Below, in pieces: positions 1-13,685 of a stretch of 64,000 nucleotides of DNA. The notes below the pieces were generated by a model. It had not been told where the DNA came from. It saw nothing but the letters and a program-made list of their open reading frames with translations, and did not search any database. Source of the DNA: Octopus sinensis (lineage: Eukaryota); the NCBI RefSeq assembly GCF_006345805.1, contig NC_043013.1, forward strand, positions 40,176,001 through 40,240,000, in the 5' to 3' direction. The position numbers and the translations under genes were made by a program. Position 1 is the first letter of the stretch, and each line of letters opens with the position of its first letter.

Positions 1-362
1 CTCGTAAGGGTTTGGTCAGCCCGAGGCTATAATAGAAGACATTTGCTCAGGGTGCCACACAATGAGACTGAACCCGGAACCATGTCTAATTAGTATCATA
101 AGATATTTTCCATCAAGTAACAAATATTTACCGACGTGTGGATGCGCTTCTAAACAAACGAAACACATGTCAGACTGATTTAGTTACCCAACAAAAAAAT
201 GACAATCTATACACATAAAAAAAACCATACCATTCAGCCTAAGGTAAGAATAGGTGTGAGTACTTTGAATTTGATGCATAAAAAGGTTCGGAAAATAGAG
301 TGCACGTAACTTGACAACGCCAGAAACAAATAAATTGGGACTTGGCAAAAAAGGATAATTTA

Positions 363-2488
363 AAACGAGAGCACTCAGAGAGCGCAAACCTCCGCCAAGG
401 CAACACCTACGTCCTTATTTTTTCAATTAGGCACAAGGCCTTAATAGATAAGGCCCAAAACAAAAACAGACAAAATAATACATTGGGGTACATAAAAATA
501 CATATCGGATGAATTAAGGATATAATGAAAATGAGAATGGAATGGCTTACCTACCCCGCAAAGCAGGTAGTTCCATTTTATTGTTTTTAAACGAACAGTT
601 CATATAGGTCTTGTATCTGTTGGTTTATAACATATACTCTATTAACTCTTCGAAGGCCACCACCGGCGGCAATTCGTCGTAACCAATTTGTATTCATGTC
701 ATTTCTATTCTTTCACCAAACAACTCCTTCAATTTCTCTCCTCTTTCTTTTTCCAACAAAACAGCTTTAAAACCTTCGTTATACTCTTCGGCCGCTAATT
801 TCACTCGGATAACGTTCTTCATCTTGGCAATTCTCTTCTCTATCTCTACACTTTTTAGGTATTGCACCATTGTTCTTATGTTTTTCCTCTTGGGTGTCAC
901 TCTCCTTCTTTCCTCACCAATCCCCTCTTCTGCTACTGGCATTTCTGTCTCTGTCTATCTCTCATTGTGTTGTTATCATCTCTCTTTCATTTTCCTTTCT
1001 CTTCTGTACTCTTTCCTCCTTGCTAGTTGATGGTCTCTGCGTTCGTTCCTCACTTACTTTTGTTGTCTTTTCGTTTTTTTCTCTTCTCAGCCGTATTCTC
1101 TTGTTTTTTCACTCTGCTTCTCCTCTCCACTTGCCTTTCTTTTCTTCCTTGGACTTTTTGGTGGTGAGTCATTACTCTTCTTTCCTTTTACCACTGCATA
1201 TTGCTCTTCCATTTCCTCCTCCTCCACAGTTTCATCCTCTTCTTCCTGATATTCCTTCCCTGTCTCCTCCTCTTCGTGTTTCTGGGGACACTTAGCTTTC
1301 ATGTGTCCTCTTACTCCACAAAGAAAACATACAGGCGGTGTTCCTTCCACCACTGTTCTCAACCTTGCTTCGTCTGGCAGTATCAATTCTTCCGCAATCT
1401 TGTGGAGGTCTGGCAAGCTTATATGGACCAATACCTCTGGCCCAAACCCCCAGCAGTTCACCTCTGTAGTTCTTGATATTTCCAATATCTCAGTGTCCTC
1501 CTCTGTGTTGAAGAGAATGGCTGCCACCAGCCACGCCTCATCAAATTCTGGGGGAACTCTACCTATTCTTACTCTGGCCGCACGTTTGCCACAGTAAGTC
1601 GGAAGTAGTGCCCACTCTGCTGATCTCAAAGGCACAGTAGAGTATTTTCTCGCTTCTTCTTCACTCACGAAGCGTACCTCCACTGTGCCATATTTCCTTC
1701 CTCTGGTGTAGTACGTCGTTACGTTCTTAATCTCTCTCAGGCACACATCGACCGCCTCCACCGCTGCTATTTCCACCTTTTTTGTTGCAATATTCAATGT
1801 TCTGTACACAATAGTTTCCTTCTCCGTTTTTTTCTAACACTTCTTTGGGAGGCGTCGGCCTTAGGCTATCTCCCTCCTTTTTCAATAAATTATTACATTT
1901 CTTAAAGTTTTTCTCCTGTAATTTAATTTCTTTAACTTGCAGTACCTCTGCTGACAGGCTTTTGCCAGTCACTGCAGCATAACCGCCCGCTTGCACTGAT
2001 ATACCTTCCATATTGTTCATAACTTCACCCATAAATGGGGAAGAAAATTTAAAAAACAGTAACAAGTTCCACAATTCAATAAATAACAGTTAAACAATAG
2101 CAGCACTCACATGGAATGTATACACTTCCAACTCGCTAACTCAAATAAAACACTAACGACAACGCCAACGTTCTATTAACGATTAGCCAGAGATGATTTT
2201 TAAAATGAGAATATCTGAAATAAACTCGACTGCTCTCACAAACAAGAAAACTGAAAATGAAACCGACTGCTCTCAAAACTTAAGTAAAAAAAAATCAAAA
2301 AAATAATCCAGAATCTTTGTTCGGTTCCGGATCGATCCCAAAAAACTAATCAGTTCGTGTCAGTCGCGAAGCCAAACATCCCTGAAAGTTTCATCCGAAT
2401 CCATCTAGCGGCTCTTGAGATATCTTGTTCACGGACAAACAAACACAAGTGAAAACAATACCTCCGCCTTCGCTAAGGCAGAGGTACT
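363..2488 (+). mobile_element. Non-autonomous Helentron-type element (HINE-like), split by the ORF1-bearing insert
   Basis: 5' AGAGCACTCAGAGAGCGCAAACCTCCGCCAAGG (subTIR CCTCCGCC 389-396). The 3' part 2290-2488 ends in a 12-bp hairpin TACCTCCGCCTT-cgct-AAGGCAGAGGTA. Family recognised from memory of such termini. Confidence 0.55.
694..2032 (-). pseudogene. Decayed L1/Tx1-like ORF1 (gag-like, CCHC zinc knuckle)
   Basis: VEGTPPVCFLCGVRGHMKAKC (knuckle 1288-1329). Three ORF pieces (1727-2074, 1087-1809, 694-942) are separated by frameshifts and stops. No ORF2 follows. Confidence 0.7.
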
Positions 2489-2919
2489 AAGAGCCAGATT
2501 TTACTTCTCGTGTCTCTCGAATAAAACGGAAAAACATAAATGGACACGAAAGGAATACGTTTGTATTATACATACATATTTGATATCCAGACCCTAGCCA
2601 CCAAATGAAACAACAGTGGTATTCTGGTATAAAATTTGGAAAGAAAATAACCATGACCCAATTGAGTGTTGGGCCCAACCACGGTTGTCTTAGTAGCATT
2701 ATAGACCCCCCTGGAAAATCAGTACACAGGACTCTATAGTGTTATTTATTGACAGCAAGCCACAGCATTCATAGATCAGAATTGAGCTCCCAGATCCGTA
2801 AAGTCCCCAGACAACTGCCCAACACTGGACCCAACTGTCTAACTTAAGACGATACATTCCGAAAGTTAAAATATATCAAAAATCGAAATAGATCACTTGA
2901 AAGAAAAAATAGTGTAAAT

Positions 2920-3381
2920 GGCTGTGTGGTAATAAATTTGCTTCCCAACCACATAATTCTGGATTCAGTTACATTTCGTGGCACCTTCAGTAAGTATCTT
3001 CTACTATAGGTTCGGTCCGATCAAAGGCTTGTGAGTGGACTTGGTAAACGGAAACTGAAAGAAGCCCATCGTCTGTGCATGTGTGTGTATGTATGTATGT
3101 ATGTATGTATGTATGTATGTATGTATGTATGTATGTATGTATGTATGTATGTATGTATGTATGTATGTATGTGTGTGTCTTTGTGTCTGTGTTTGTCCCA
3201 CACCACCGCTTAAAACCGATGTTAGTGTGTTTACGTCTCCCTAACTTAGCGGTTCGGCAAAAGAGAACCAATAGAATAAGTACCTGACATAAAAGGAATA
3301 AGTACTGAGCTCGATTCGTTCGGCTAAAAGCTCTTCAAAGCGGTGCCCCAGCTTGGCCGCTGTCTAATGATTGAGAAAAGT
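2920..3381 (+). mobile_element. OK-like SINE with internal (TATG)n
   Basis: Head GGCTGTGTGGTAA. Other copies at 1-83(-), 9290-9618(-), 20283-20582(+), 33925-34440(-), 36858-37298(-), 55653-56010(+), 57665-58026(-). Confidence 0.8.
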
Positions 3382-4169
3382 GAAAGATAAATTATAACAG
3401 ACAATGAATACAAAACAAACAACAAAAGGAAAAACCACGAAGATGTGTCTAACGGATGTGAAAGAAAGTAAATCATAAAATACAGCAAAATCACATTCAA
3501 AATATTCTCCGAGAAAAATCGAACAAAAATATAAATAAAAGGAAATCCGAAAAAGATTTAGAAAGGGATACTCAAAACATGGAAATCTCAAACAAGACAA
3601 TCGGAAGATGGAAATAATTAAAGAATTTAAATCCACAGAAAATCTAAGAGAATAAAAATAAAAGGAAATACGGCAAGATTTAGCGGAAGATATTCAAAAC
3701 AGGGAGCTCTGAAACATGATAATCTAGAGATGGAATTCATTAAAGAATTAAAATCAATAGATCTCCTTTAAGACCGAACTACCTCCCAAGGTTGAATCTG
3801 CTGATGCAATAGTAATAATAATTTTTTAAAAAAACAGAAACGCCAAGTGGGCCATTACAAGAAAAGAAATCTTAATAACTAAAGAAATCAATATGTTAAA
3901 ATCATAACTATAAGAAAGAGGGGAAAGCAATATGACAGAAATGTAGCAATAAGTAAAATAATATGAAAATAAGTAATGGAAATAATAAATGTCTGAAAAA
4001 AGAAACCGCTAAATTGTAAAGAATGCGTCGGTATGAAAAGTTACTGCAATTCTTTGAACAAAACACGCACTTCGAATCTATCCGAAAAAGATTTTTGGTC
4101 AAGAAACGGGTAAATATATTATAGAAATCAGAGACACACAAACAGCATGAGAATTAGAATTGTAGGGAA

Positions 4170-4690
4170 GAGTGTGTGGGCAGCGATGTAATCTTCAAGG
4201 ACAAAATGGTTTAAAACAAGAAAGGCAACTCCTGAACAAGCGTGGAAGACCATATCAACACAAAAGAAATCAGGCGCTACAAAACATTGAACGACGGGAA
4301 AGAACCTGGAAATGGTAACATCCTAGACTTCTGGCTAAAATATTTAATAGGGACACGTAAAGTTCCCGCAGGGATGTTTTACAAAATACTTACGAAACCA
4401 GAGACAACATCTAATTGGCTCAGTCAGGGGGAAATTATCTTCATCCCCAAAACTGTAGAAGCGGTAAATCCCTAGAAACTACAGACCTACAACCTGCCTT
4501 CGAATAGCTTAAAACGCCTTTACTGCAATGAAATCGTAATGGATAGATAAGTATCGGGTAAAATGTAACATTTGAAGAAGAGCAGAAACCATGCTTGAAG
4601 TGCTCGTATTGGATGTAAAGATCAATTATAGATCAATAAAAGCGTAGCTGAAGACTAAGAAGGAAAATAGAGTCTGAGTGTGATGTAAAC
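4170..4690 (+). mobile_element. R4/Dong-clade LINE reverse transcriptase remnant
   Basis: Degenerate motifs FWLK...NWLSQGEIIFIPK...NYRPTTCL...EEQK...GCKDQL.INK. Confidence 0.65.
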
Positions 4691-5055
4691 AATCAGAAGA
4701 CTTTTGGCTGTTCCTTGCGTGTGGATCCTGAAAACGTAGGTAGGACAGTGTTAATGAAGAGTCTGGCACGTATGGTATTGTCTAGCCTTGTTTGGAGCAC
4801 ATCTTTTATTGGGTGAAATGCCATCCATCCTATCTTTATTCTCTCAGAGATTGCAGCATCCTTATCTTGGCACATATCATCTGTGTATCCTAAGGAGACG
4901 TACTCCTTTACTTCTCCAATTTCATCGCTTCACCACTTCAATTCGGTCTTGCGCTACGTCTTCCGACCGCATATATTTTATTTTTATGTGGCTCATGTTA
5001 AGACCTACTGCTAAGCTCATGGTGTTCAGCTCTGTCAGCATGATCTGCAACTGGT
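4690..5055 (-). mobile_element. RTE-clade LINE RT C-terminal remnant
   Basis: GLNMSHIKIKYM...IEEVKEYVSLG...AISERIKIGWMAF, matching the RTE pattern IExVxxYxYLG...RRIxxGWxAF. Confidence 0.65.
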
Positions 5056-5068
5056 CTGATATGCACAT

Positions 5069-5144
<76 letters not shown>

Positions 5145-5149
5145 ATATA

Positions 5150-5365
5150 CCATGTTGAACCACCGTTAATCCCTACACATTTTTCTATCCCCGTTTTTTT
5201 TTTCGTTCTCTTTCCGTTTTTTTTTCCTCTTAATCCTGTCTGTCGAAGACTGTAGGTTCGAAATGTTAAAGACATTTCCATTCTTCTCGAACGTTTAACT
5301 AATGCACCTGCTTGTTGTTCCCTCACCTGTCTTCGTTTTTTGTTTTCTGTAAATTTGAACTATGT
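5150..5365 (+). mobile_element. Penelope-like terminal remnant with decayed hammerhead
   Basis: CTGTCGA-A-GAC...TTC-GAAA-TGTT at 5240-5267, then a ~97-nt tail resembling the 10.5-kb element and ending at TA-rich repeats. Confidence 0.45.
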
Positions 5366-5498
5366 ACGTATACATGTATATATACATATATACATACATA
5401 TATATATATATACACACATATATACATATATATAAATCCTTAAATCCTTAAAAATGTTTCAGCCCGAAGGCTGCGGCCATGCTGGGGCACCACCGCTG

Positions 5499-5530
<32 letters not shown>

Positions 5531-5561
5531 ATATATATAATATATATATATATATATACAC

Positions 5562-5592
<31 letters not shown>

Positions 5593-5620
5593 CATATATA
5601 TATATATTTACATATATATA

Positions 5621-5956
5621 TAAAGGGTAAAGACCCCCTTCGGTCATGAATGACCATGGGATTGCACCTAGAAAGTTACCCTCCTAGACACAAGTCCGGG
5701 CAAGGTTTTGTATGGAAGACCAGGCAGTCGCCCATGCATACCGGCCTCCCCTCTCCACGCCACTAGTGTTATCCAACGGAAAGACAAAGGTCGATACAGC
5801 TTGGCACCAGTGACGTCGCAACTCATTCCTACAGTTGAGTGAACTGGAGCAACGTGAAATAAAGTGCCTTGCTCAAGAACACAACACGCAGCCCGGTCCG
5901 GGATTCGAGCTCACAACCTCACGATCGTAAGCTCGACGCTCTAACCACTGAGCCAT
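5621..5956 (-). mobile_element. tRNA-derived SINE (second copy at 12389-12724)
   Basis: Minus-strand head ATGGCTCAGTGGTTAGAGCGTCGAG; the two copies align over about 335 bp. Confidence 0.8.
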
Positions 5957-5958
5957 AT

Positions 5959-5995
<37 letters not shown>

Positions 5996-5997
5996 CA

Positions 5998-6139
<142 letters not shown>

Positions 6140-6220
6140 AATAATAACAATAATTATTATTATTATAAGGATTATTACAAACTAGCATAGCATCGCCTTT
6201 AATTCCTTTATATATAAATA

Positions 6221-6589
6221 CTAGCAGTATCGCCCGCGTTGCTCGGGTTTGTAAGGGAAATAACTATAAAGCATTTTTAGAGAGTTATAGCCAAAAAAAT
6301 GGAAAAAAAATGATGGTAAATTTTTTTTTTTAGTTAAAAATGTCGAGTCGCGTCCCCTAGACAGTCTGTGGTTTGTGTTTCTGATTCTCGACTCCATGTC
6401 GAATTTATCGATTTTTTTCAGAACTGGGGGAACTTTTCAAAATTTTCGCTGCGTTAGTTTTGAATTATGACATTGGGCTATGTGTGTGTCAAGTTTCATC
6501 AGAATCGGTTGAAAGCCGTGGTCAGGGTGAGGGTACAACCTGACAGACACACAGAAACACACACAGACAAACTGCCGTTTATATATAGA
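6221..6589 (-). mobile_element. Non-autonomous Helitron
   Basis: Minus strand 5' TC(TATATATAAA), 3' hairpin CCCGAGCAACGCGGG then CTAG; A|T insertion site. Confidence 0.8.
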
Positions 6590-6974
6590 TATATATATAT
6601 ATAGCTTCAAATGGACCTACACATGTTTCTACTGCATCGATTAGTAACCGTTGCAATTGCAGCCCTACTATAATACCGGTGCAGTTTCTTCAGGTTCAGG
6701 GTCTTCACTTTAATATCCTTCGATTAAACTGTTTCAAGTTTTTCGTTTATCTACTCTGCGTTGGATATAGTAGAAGACTATTGCCCAAGATAGCATGCTG
6801 TGGGACGGAATACGGAACTATATGGCTCGAAAGGAAACTTTTTACTACACAGTCCCGTCTGCGCCTATATATATAGGGAAGCATTTCTTATCTTATATTA
6901 AGCAATTTCAGAAATGTGCGTATTAAATACTTTTAAAATATCATTATTTGATTTTAATTCCTTATTACAAATCG

Positions 6975-8403
6975 TGTGTGTGTGTGTACATGTATGTATG
7001 CAAGTATGTATGCACGCATGTATATATGCATGTATATATGCCTATATGTATGTATGTATGTATGTATGCAACTATGTATGTATGCAACTATGTATGTATG
7101 TTTGTATGTGTGTATGCATATGTATATATATGTATGCATGTATGTATGTGTGCATGTATGCATGTATATATTCAAGTATGAGGCATATATGCATGTATAT
7201 ATATGTATATGTATGTGCGCATATATGTATGCAAGTATGTATGCATGTATGCATGTATGTATGTATGTATGTATGCATATGTGTATGTATGTATGCGTAT
7301 ATGTATGTGTGCATGTATATATGCACACATACATATATGCATGTACGTTGTATGCATGTATGTATGCACGCATGCATGTATGTATGCACGCATGTATGTA
7401 TGTACGCATGTATGTACGCATGTATGTATGTACGCATGTATGTATGTATGTATGTATGTATGTATGTATGTATGTATGTACGAAAGGGGCCGTGTAAGAT
7501 GGCAGCTAATTTCAGAGTAGTCTTTCGACGTAAAATGATTCCCCGCGTCCATCTTATTCTAAACAAAAGATTTGAGCTCAATGGGAGAAGACGGTATATA
7601 ATCGTTTTTTTTTTATCATGTTAATTACGCTAGAAGTAAAGAAAAATGGAAATATTGTGTTCATACTTTTGTCCTTAACACCAGCAGCACAACAGAGGTG
7701 AAGTGACTTTAATCAAGTATTGAAACCGTCTGGAAGTTTCTGCTTACCAGGAACATACCTTTTGTTCTATGTTGCTCGCCATTTAGTAAAGGAGGGTTGG
7801 AGCGGAGAGAATTGGAATAGAGAGCGTATAATTTGACCATGGACGTCTGAAGAGTGGTATTGTTGTTAGGTGCAAGAAAGATCCGGCGTGGCATTCCAGA
7901 GTGCATTATCGTTGGTCAAATCTGAGGTTTGTAGGTGGAAGTTCATTCTGGCATCCGGCCATATGTGAGTATATGCGTCTGCGATTGTTCATACCTACCT
8001 GCCTACTTACATATATATATATACATATATACATAGACACGTACGTACATGCATACATACACACGCATTCATAAACGCATACATACACACACATACATAT
8101 ATACATATATACACACATGCACACATACATACATACACGCACATACATATATACACACTCACACCTATATACATACATGCACGCACACATACACACATAC
8201 ATACACGCGCACATACATACATGCATACATACATACATACACACACATACATATATACACACTCACACCTATATACATACATGCACGCACACATACACAC
8301 ATACACGCGCACATACATACAAACACACACATACATATATTTTAACATCTGTGTGACTTTGTCTTTGTATGTTTCATTATGTGTGTATGTATGTATGTAT
8401 CTA

Positions 8404-8434
<31 letters not shown>

Positions 8435-8448
8435 TGTATGTATGTATG

Positions 8449-8479
<31 letters not shown>

Positions 8480-8533
8480 TGTGTATGTATGTATGTATCT
8501 GCGTTTCCGTCCCTGATTTTTTTTGTTTTTTAG

Positions 8534-8608
<75 letters not shown>

Positions 8609-8618
8609 TGTGTGTGTG

Positions 8619-8652
<34 letters not shown>

Positions 8653-8770
8653 TGTATGTATGTATGTATGTATGCATGTATGTGTGTATGTATGTATGTA
8701 TGTATGTATACTTACGAATATATGCGTATACATGTGTATATATGTTTGTATATACATGTGTATGCATGGT
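6975..8770. repeat. Degenerate (TATG)/(CATA)/(TG) microsatellite fields
   Basis: Direct reading; source of many spurious MYVC/HTYI ORFs. Confidence 0.9.
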
Positions 8771-10334
8771 GTACAGAATGAGTCGGTGACAAGCAACAAA
8801 ACAAAAGGGAAGAAGAAGAAGAAAATACAACAGTGTGTTTGCTGTAAAGTGTTGTTACATCACAATAGTCTGCCGCTCAGTAATAAATAGCTTCCCTGTC
8901 GTCTGCAGACACCTCCAATTAGATTCAAATCTCTCGTCCAACGGCTAATTACTTGGCCAAGCTGACTCAGTGACAAGATATGCTACGCAATAATAACGAC
9001 CAACAAAACTTCTGAACTTTCGTACAAACTTCAGGACATTAGCTTAGCTTTTGCTTTTGTTCTTCAATAGGAATTTTTCTTTTCCTTGTTGTCGTTGTTG
9101 TTGTTGTTGTTTTTGCACCGGCGGCGGTGGTGAAGCGGGGTGAGTGATGGTGGTGGAGAGGAAAGAAAAAAAATAAGTGAGAGAGTGGTGGGGAACGAAA
9201 CAAGAAAGATGAGAGATGGTGGAAGATTGAAAAAGAGTGTCAGAGAAAGAGAAGGTAAGAATAATGTGAATGAGGGGTAAGTTTATATATCTTTTTATTT
9301 GTTTCAGTTATTAGACTGCGGCCATGCTGGGGCACCGCCCTGAAGAATTTTCGTCGAATGAATCGACACCACATCTTTTTTTGTTGTTGTTGTTTTAAGC
9401 TTAGTACTTAATCTATCGGACACAGAGACGCATACACACACACATTTATATATATATATATATATATACGATGGGCTTCTTTCAGTCTCCGTCTACCAAA
9501 TCCACTCACAAAGCTTTGGTCCGGCAGAGCCTATAGCAGAAGATACTTGCCCAAGGTGCCACGCAGTTGAACTGAACCTGGAACCATGTGGTTGAGAAGC
9601 AAATTTACCACCCAGTCATACATGTGTGTGTGCGTGCACACACACACACACACACACACAGAGATGGAATGCATGAAAAAGGTGGAGGAGAGAGAAGGGA
9701 GAGAGGTCGATGAGAAGACAGAGGGGGAGAAGAGATCAAGGGAAGAACAGGGATGGATAGTGAAAGCTAAAGAAATAGTCCAAAAGACGAAGAAGAAAAA
9801 AATAAGGAAAAAGAGAGGCGAAAGAAAATATATAATTATAGAATGTAAAAAAAAAATGATTGATAGGAAGACGTGGGTGGGGTGGGGTGAGGTAAAGAGA
9901 GAAATAAAAGAAGAGGTGGAGTAGGAAGCTAGGGAAAGAGAGGGAGGTCGACAAAGAGAGTAAGAAATGAGTGAAGGGAGAGAGAGAGACAGACAGATGT
10001 TTATAGTTATATAGAAAGCAAGTGAAAGGGAGGGAGGGAAAAATACATTCACAGGTACTTATACATAGAGAGTTATGCATACACTCACACAGTGTTTACA
10101 CATATAGGCACATATAGATAGATACACACACATATATACATGCAAATACATAGGCGTATATACGCACAAAAGCGTGTAGATAAATAAAGAGAATGAGAAA
10201 GAGAGGGGGAAGAGAGTTAGTATTATGTAAAGAGGAGTTTATAAAGAAATGTAGAGGTCATGTCAGACAGAGAGAGGGAGTGAAATATATATCTGTATGT
10301 GTACATTTATATATGTGCGTATATACATTTATAG

Positions 10335-10365
<31 letters not shown>

Positions 10366-10393
10366 TGTATGTATGTATGTATATATATATGTA

Positions 10394-10429
<36 letters not shown>

Positions 10430-10454
10430 TGGGTGGATGGGTGGGTGTGTATAT

Positions 10455-10491
<37 letters not shown>

Positions 10492-10496
<5 letters not shown>

Positions 10497-10680
10497 TAAT
10501 CCAAACATGAAAACACAAAGAGAAAACACAACAACGCGAGGACGTAGAACAAATATAGTATTATTGGACGCTCAGGAATGAAGGAAAGAAGGAGGGTTTA
10601 ACGTTTCGAGCGGAGCTCTTCGTCAGAAACATAGGAAAAGGAAAGATCTAAAGAAGGGAAGACGGAGGGAAAAAAATAGA
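10492..10680 (-). mobile_element. Penelope-like terminal remnant with hammerhead
   Basis: Hammerhead followed by a ~105-nt pyrimidine-rich tail ending at a (TA)n tract. Confidence 0.55.
10596..10630 (-). ncRNA. Minimal type-I hammerhead ribozyme in a Penelope-like remnant
   Basis: Minus strand reads GTTT-CTGACGA-A-GAGC-tcc-GCTC-GAAA-CGTT-AAAC, with intact core, stems I and II, and ACGT palindrome. Confidence 0.7.
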
Positions 10681-10914
10681 GAGAAAGAGAGAGTGGATGA
10701 ACACTTCTCGTCAGCTACATAGACTGGAATCAACGTTGTTTCGGTACGCTGAAATCCGGAGAAGTGAATTCCATGAAAGTACTTCTTTGGAAGCAGCAAT
10801 GATGACAAAAAGTCACTGAGGTGCTAGACATTGCAAAGAAAAGAGAACATAGGAGACACAACATATGAGTGAGACGGAGATAATCGATTACTGGTGAATC
10901 TGTAATGAGAACGT

Positions 10915-11302
10915 GGAGGCGCAATGGCCCAGCGGTTAGGGCAGCGGACTCGCGGTCGTAGGATCGCGATTTCGATTCCCAGACCGGGCGTTGTGAGTGT
11001 TTATTGAGCGAAAACACCTAAAGCTCCACGAGGCTCCGGCAGGGGACGGTGGTGATCCCTGTTGTACTCTTTCACCACAACTTTCTCTCACTCTTAGTTC
11101 CTGTTTCTGTTGTACCTGTATTTCAAAGGGCCGGCCTTGTCACTCTCTGTGTCACGCTGAATATCCCCGAGAACTACGTTAAGGGTACACGTGTCTGTGG
11201 AGTGCTCAGCCACTTACACGTTAATTTCACGAGCAGGCTGTTCCGTTGATTCGGATCAACCGGAACCCTCATCGTCGTAACCGACGGAGTGCTTCCATCA
11301 CC
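10915..11302 (+). mobile_element. tRNA-derived SINE (octopus OR-like), full length
   Basis: Head GGAGGCGCAATGGCCCAGCGG; TSD GTAATGAGAAC (10902-10912, 11303-11313); near-identical copy at 35008-35395. Confidence 0.85.
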
Positions 11303-11724
11303 GTAATGAGAACATATTTGCTTGCGAGTGATGGTTATACTTCTTTTGATGTACAGCAGTACGTTTTTAAGATTCATATGTAAATATTCAGGAAACACAG
11401 AAAGTATTAATTAATGAATTATCAACAAAAGGTTTTACAGCTATAGAATTTCTCATATTTCCTTAAAGCATTGGATAATTATTTAAACGTAAATCTCCGG
11501 TTCTTACCAACAAACCTGAATAGAAAATTGTCATATAGAAATAATTTTTCTTTTTCTTTTTTTTTTTTTTTGTAGGGCATAAACAGTGGAGGCCGCTTCT
11601 TGTAATCACTCCGGGCTGAAGCCTTTTCCATAGCAATGGGTTTACGTTGTCACTGAGAAAATGAACGACAGATATGTGGGAATAAACGAAAAACTAGATG
11701 TAAAAATGCATGAAAATAATTAAT

Positions 11725-12380
<656 letters not shown>

Positions 12381-12388
12381 GTGAATAA

Positions 12389-12724
12389 AAAAGGGTAAAA
12401 ACCCCTTTCGGTCATGAATGACCATGGGATTGCACCTCGAAAGTTCTCCTCCGTGGCACAAGTCCAGACAAGGTTGTTTATGGAAGAGCAGCAGTCGCTC
12501 ATGCATACCTACCTCCCCTCTCTATGCCACTGATGTTATCCAAAGGAAAGGCAAAGGCCGATACAGCTTGGCACCAGTAATGACGCAAATCATTTCTACA
12601 ACTGAGTGAACTGGAGCAACGTAAAATATAAAGTGTCTTTTTCAAGAACACAACACACAGTTCGGTCCGGGAATCGAACTCACCACCTCACGTTCGTAAG
12701 CTCGACGCTCTAACTACTGAGCTA
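12389..12724 (-). mobile_element. tRNA-derived SINE, same family as 5621-5956
   Basis: Colinear with 5621-5956. Confidence 0.8.
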
Positions 12725-13685
12725 AGTTTTTTTAATAATTCCTTGATATGGTTACAATATTTGAAGAAACTTTTTCTTCAATTCTAATTATTTATGATAT
12801 ATATATAAAAAAATCTTCAATAAACTGAATAACACAGATCTTTTTCATATTTTGTAAGCGCTTTCTTTTTCTACAGCTTTTCAAATACGCGTGTTATCGA
12901 GTAATTTGTATACAAGATGTTTTTTGTAGCAGTGTTGACTAGTTCCAGTTCAGTTGCGGATTTAGAATTCTTTATGAAGTATTTTTCATCTACCTTTCAT
13001 TGTTGATCATATTCTCCCATTTTTTTTATTTCTGTGAAACTTTTAATTTTCCATTGGCACAAGTGTTTATATATTCACTACATGGAACATTTCCACGAAA
13101 TGATTCTATGATTCGTTGTTTATATACTCTAACCCGATGTGTTAATTTTGATCCCGTTTGGCCGATATATTTCTCATTACGTTGTAGTCATGTGATGAGA
13201 TTTTTTTGTTTTGTTTTGTAAATTCATATTTGCCCTGACCTTCAATTCCTTCCCATTCTTGACTTTTGGTGGTGTAAAGGGAACTAGTTGCTTCTTTACA
13301 CTTTTGGGGTGCAACTTGGGTGCAACACAATTTCCTTTCTTTTTGTTTATAGAAACTACCAGTCAGGAACGAAACGCAAGTTTAAAAATATATACAATTC
13401 TTTATTCTCTTATTCAACACCGAAACACGATGGTATTCTGGTATCCACCTAGTTCAACACAGCAAGGCTGAATTCTAACGTTTGTAAGCTTCTTACAACA
13501 ATTCAGCAGCAATAGAACAGGTTAAATCCTAAGTGTCTGGGACAGGAGAATAGGCTGATCACACGTTTAAAAATACGTCCTTTCTCTTCTATCGCCGTGT
13601 CTCAAGTCCCCGACGCTATTAAGGAACGCGATAGAATTTCTTCTTCAGTCTCTAGCGCATGTGCATGAGGGAACTTCCTTATGCC

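Noticed and set aside
1827-1833. A7 run joining two ORF1 pieces as a programmed frameshift
   Set aside because: Requires a +1 shift rather than the usual -1, and the ORF has further disablements downstream; a homopolymer indel is simpler.
3541-3770. Old ~120-bp tandem duplication in A-rich DNA
   Set aside because: Highly diverged with no structural or coding signal; unremarkable.
6914-8890. Many ORFs of 100-236 aa rich in MYVC/HTYI
   Set aside because: Translations of TATG/CATA/TG microsatellites that lack stops in several frames on both strands; no domain content. The same applies to similar ORFs throughout the window.
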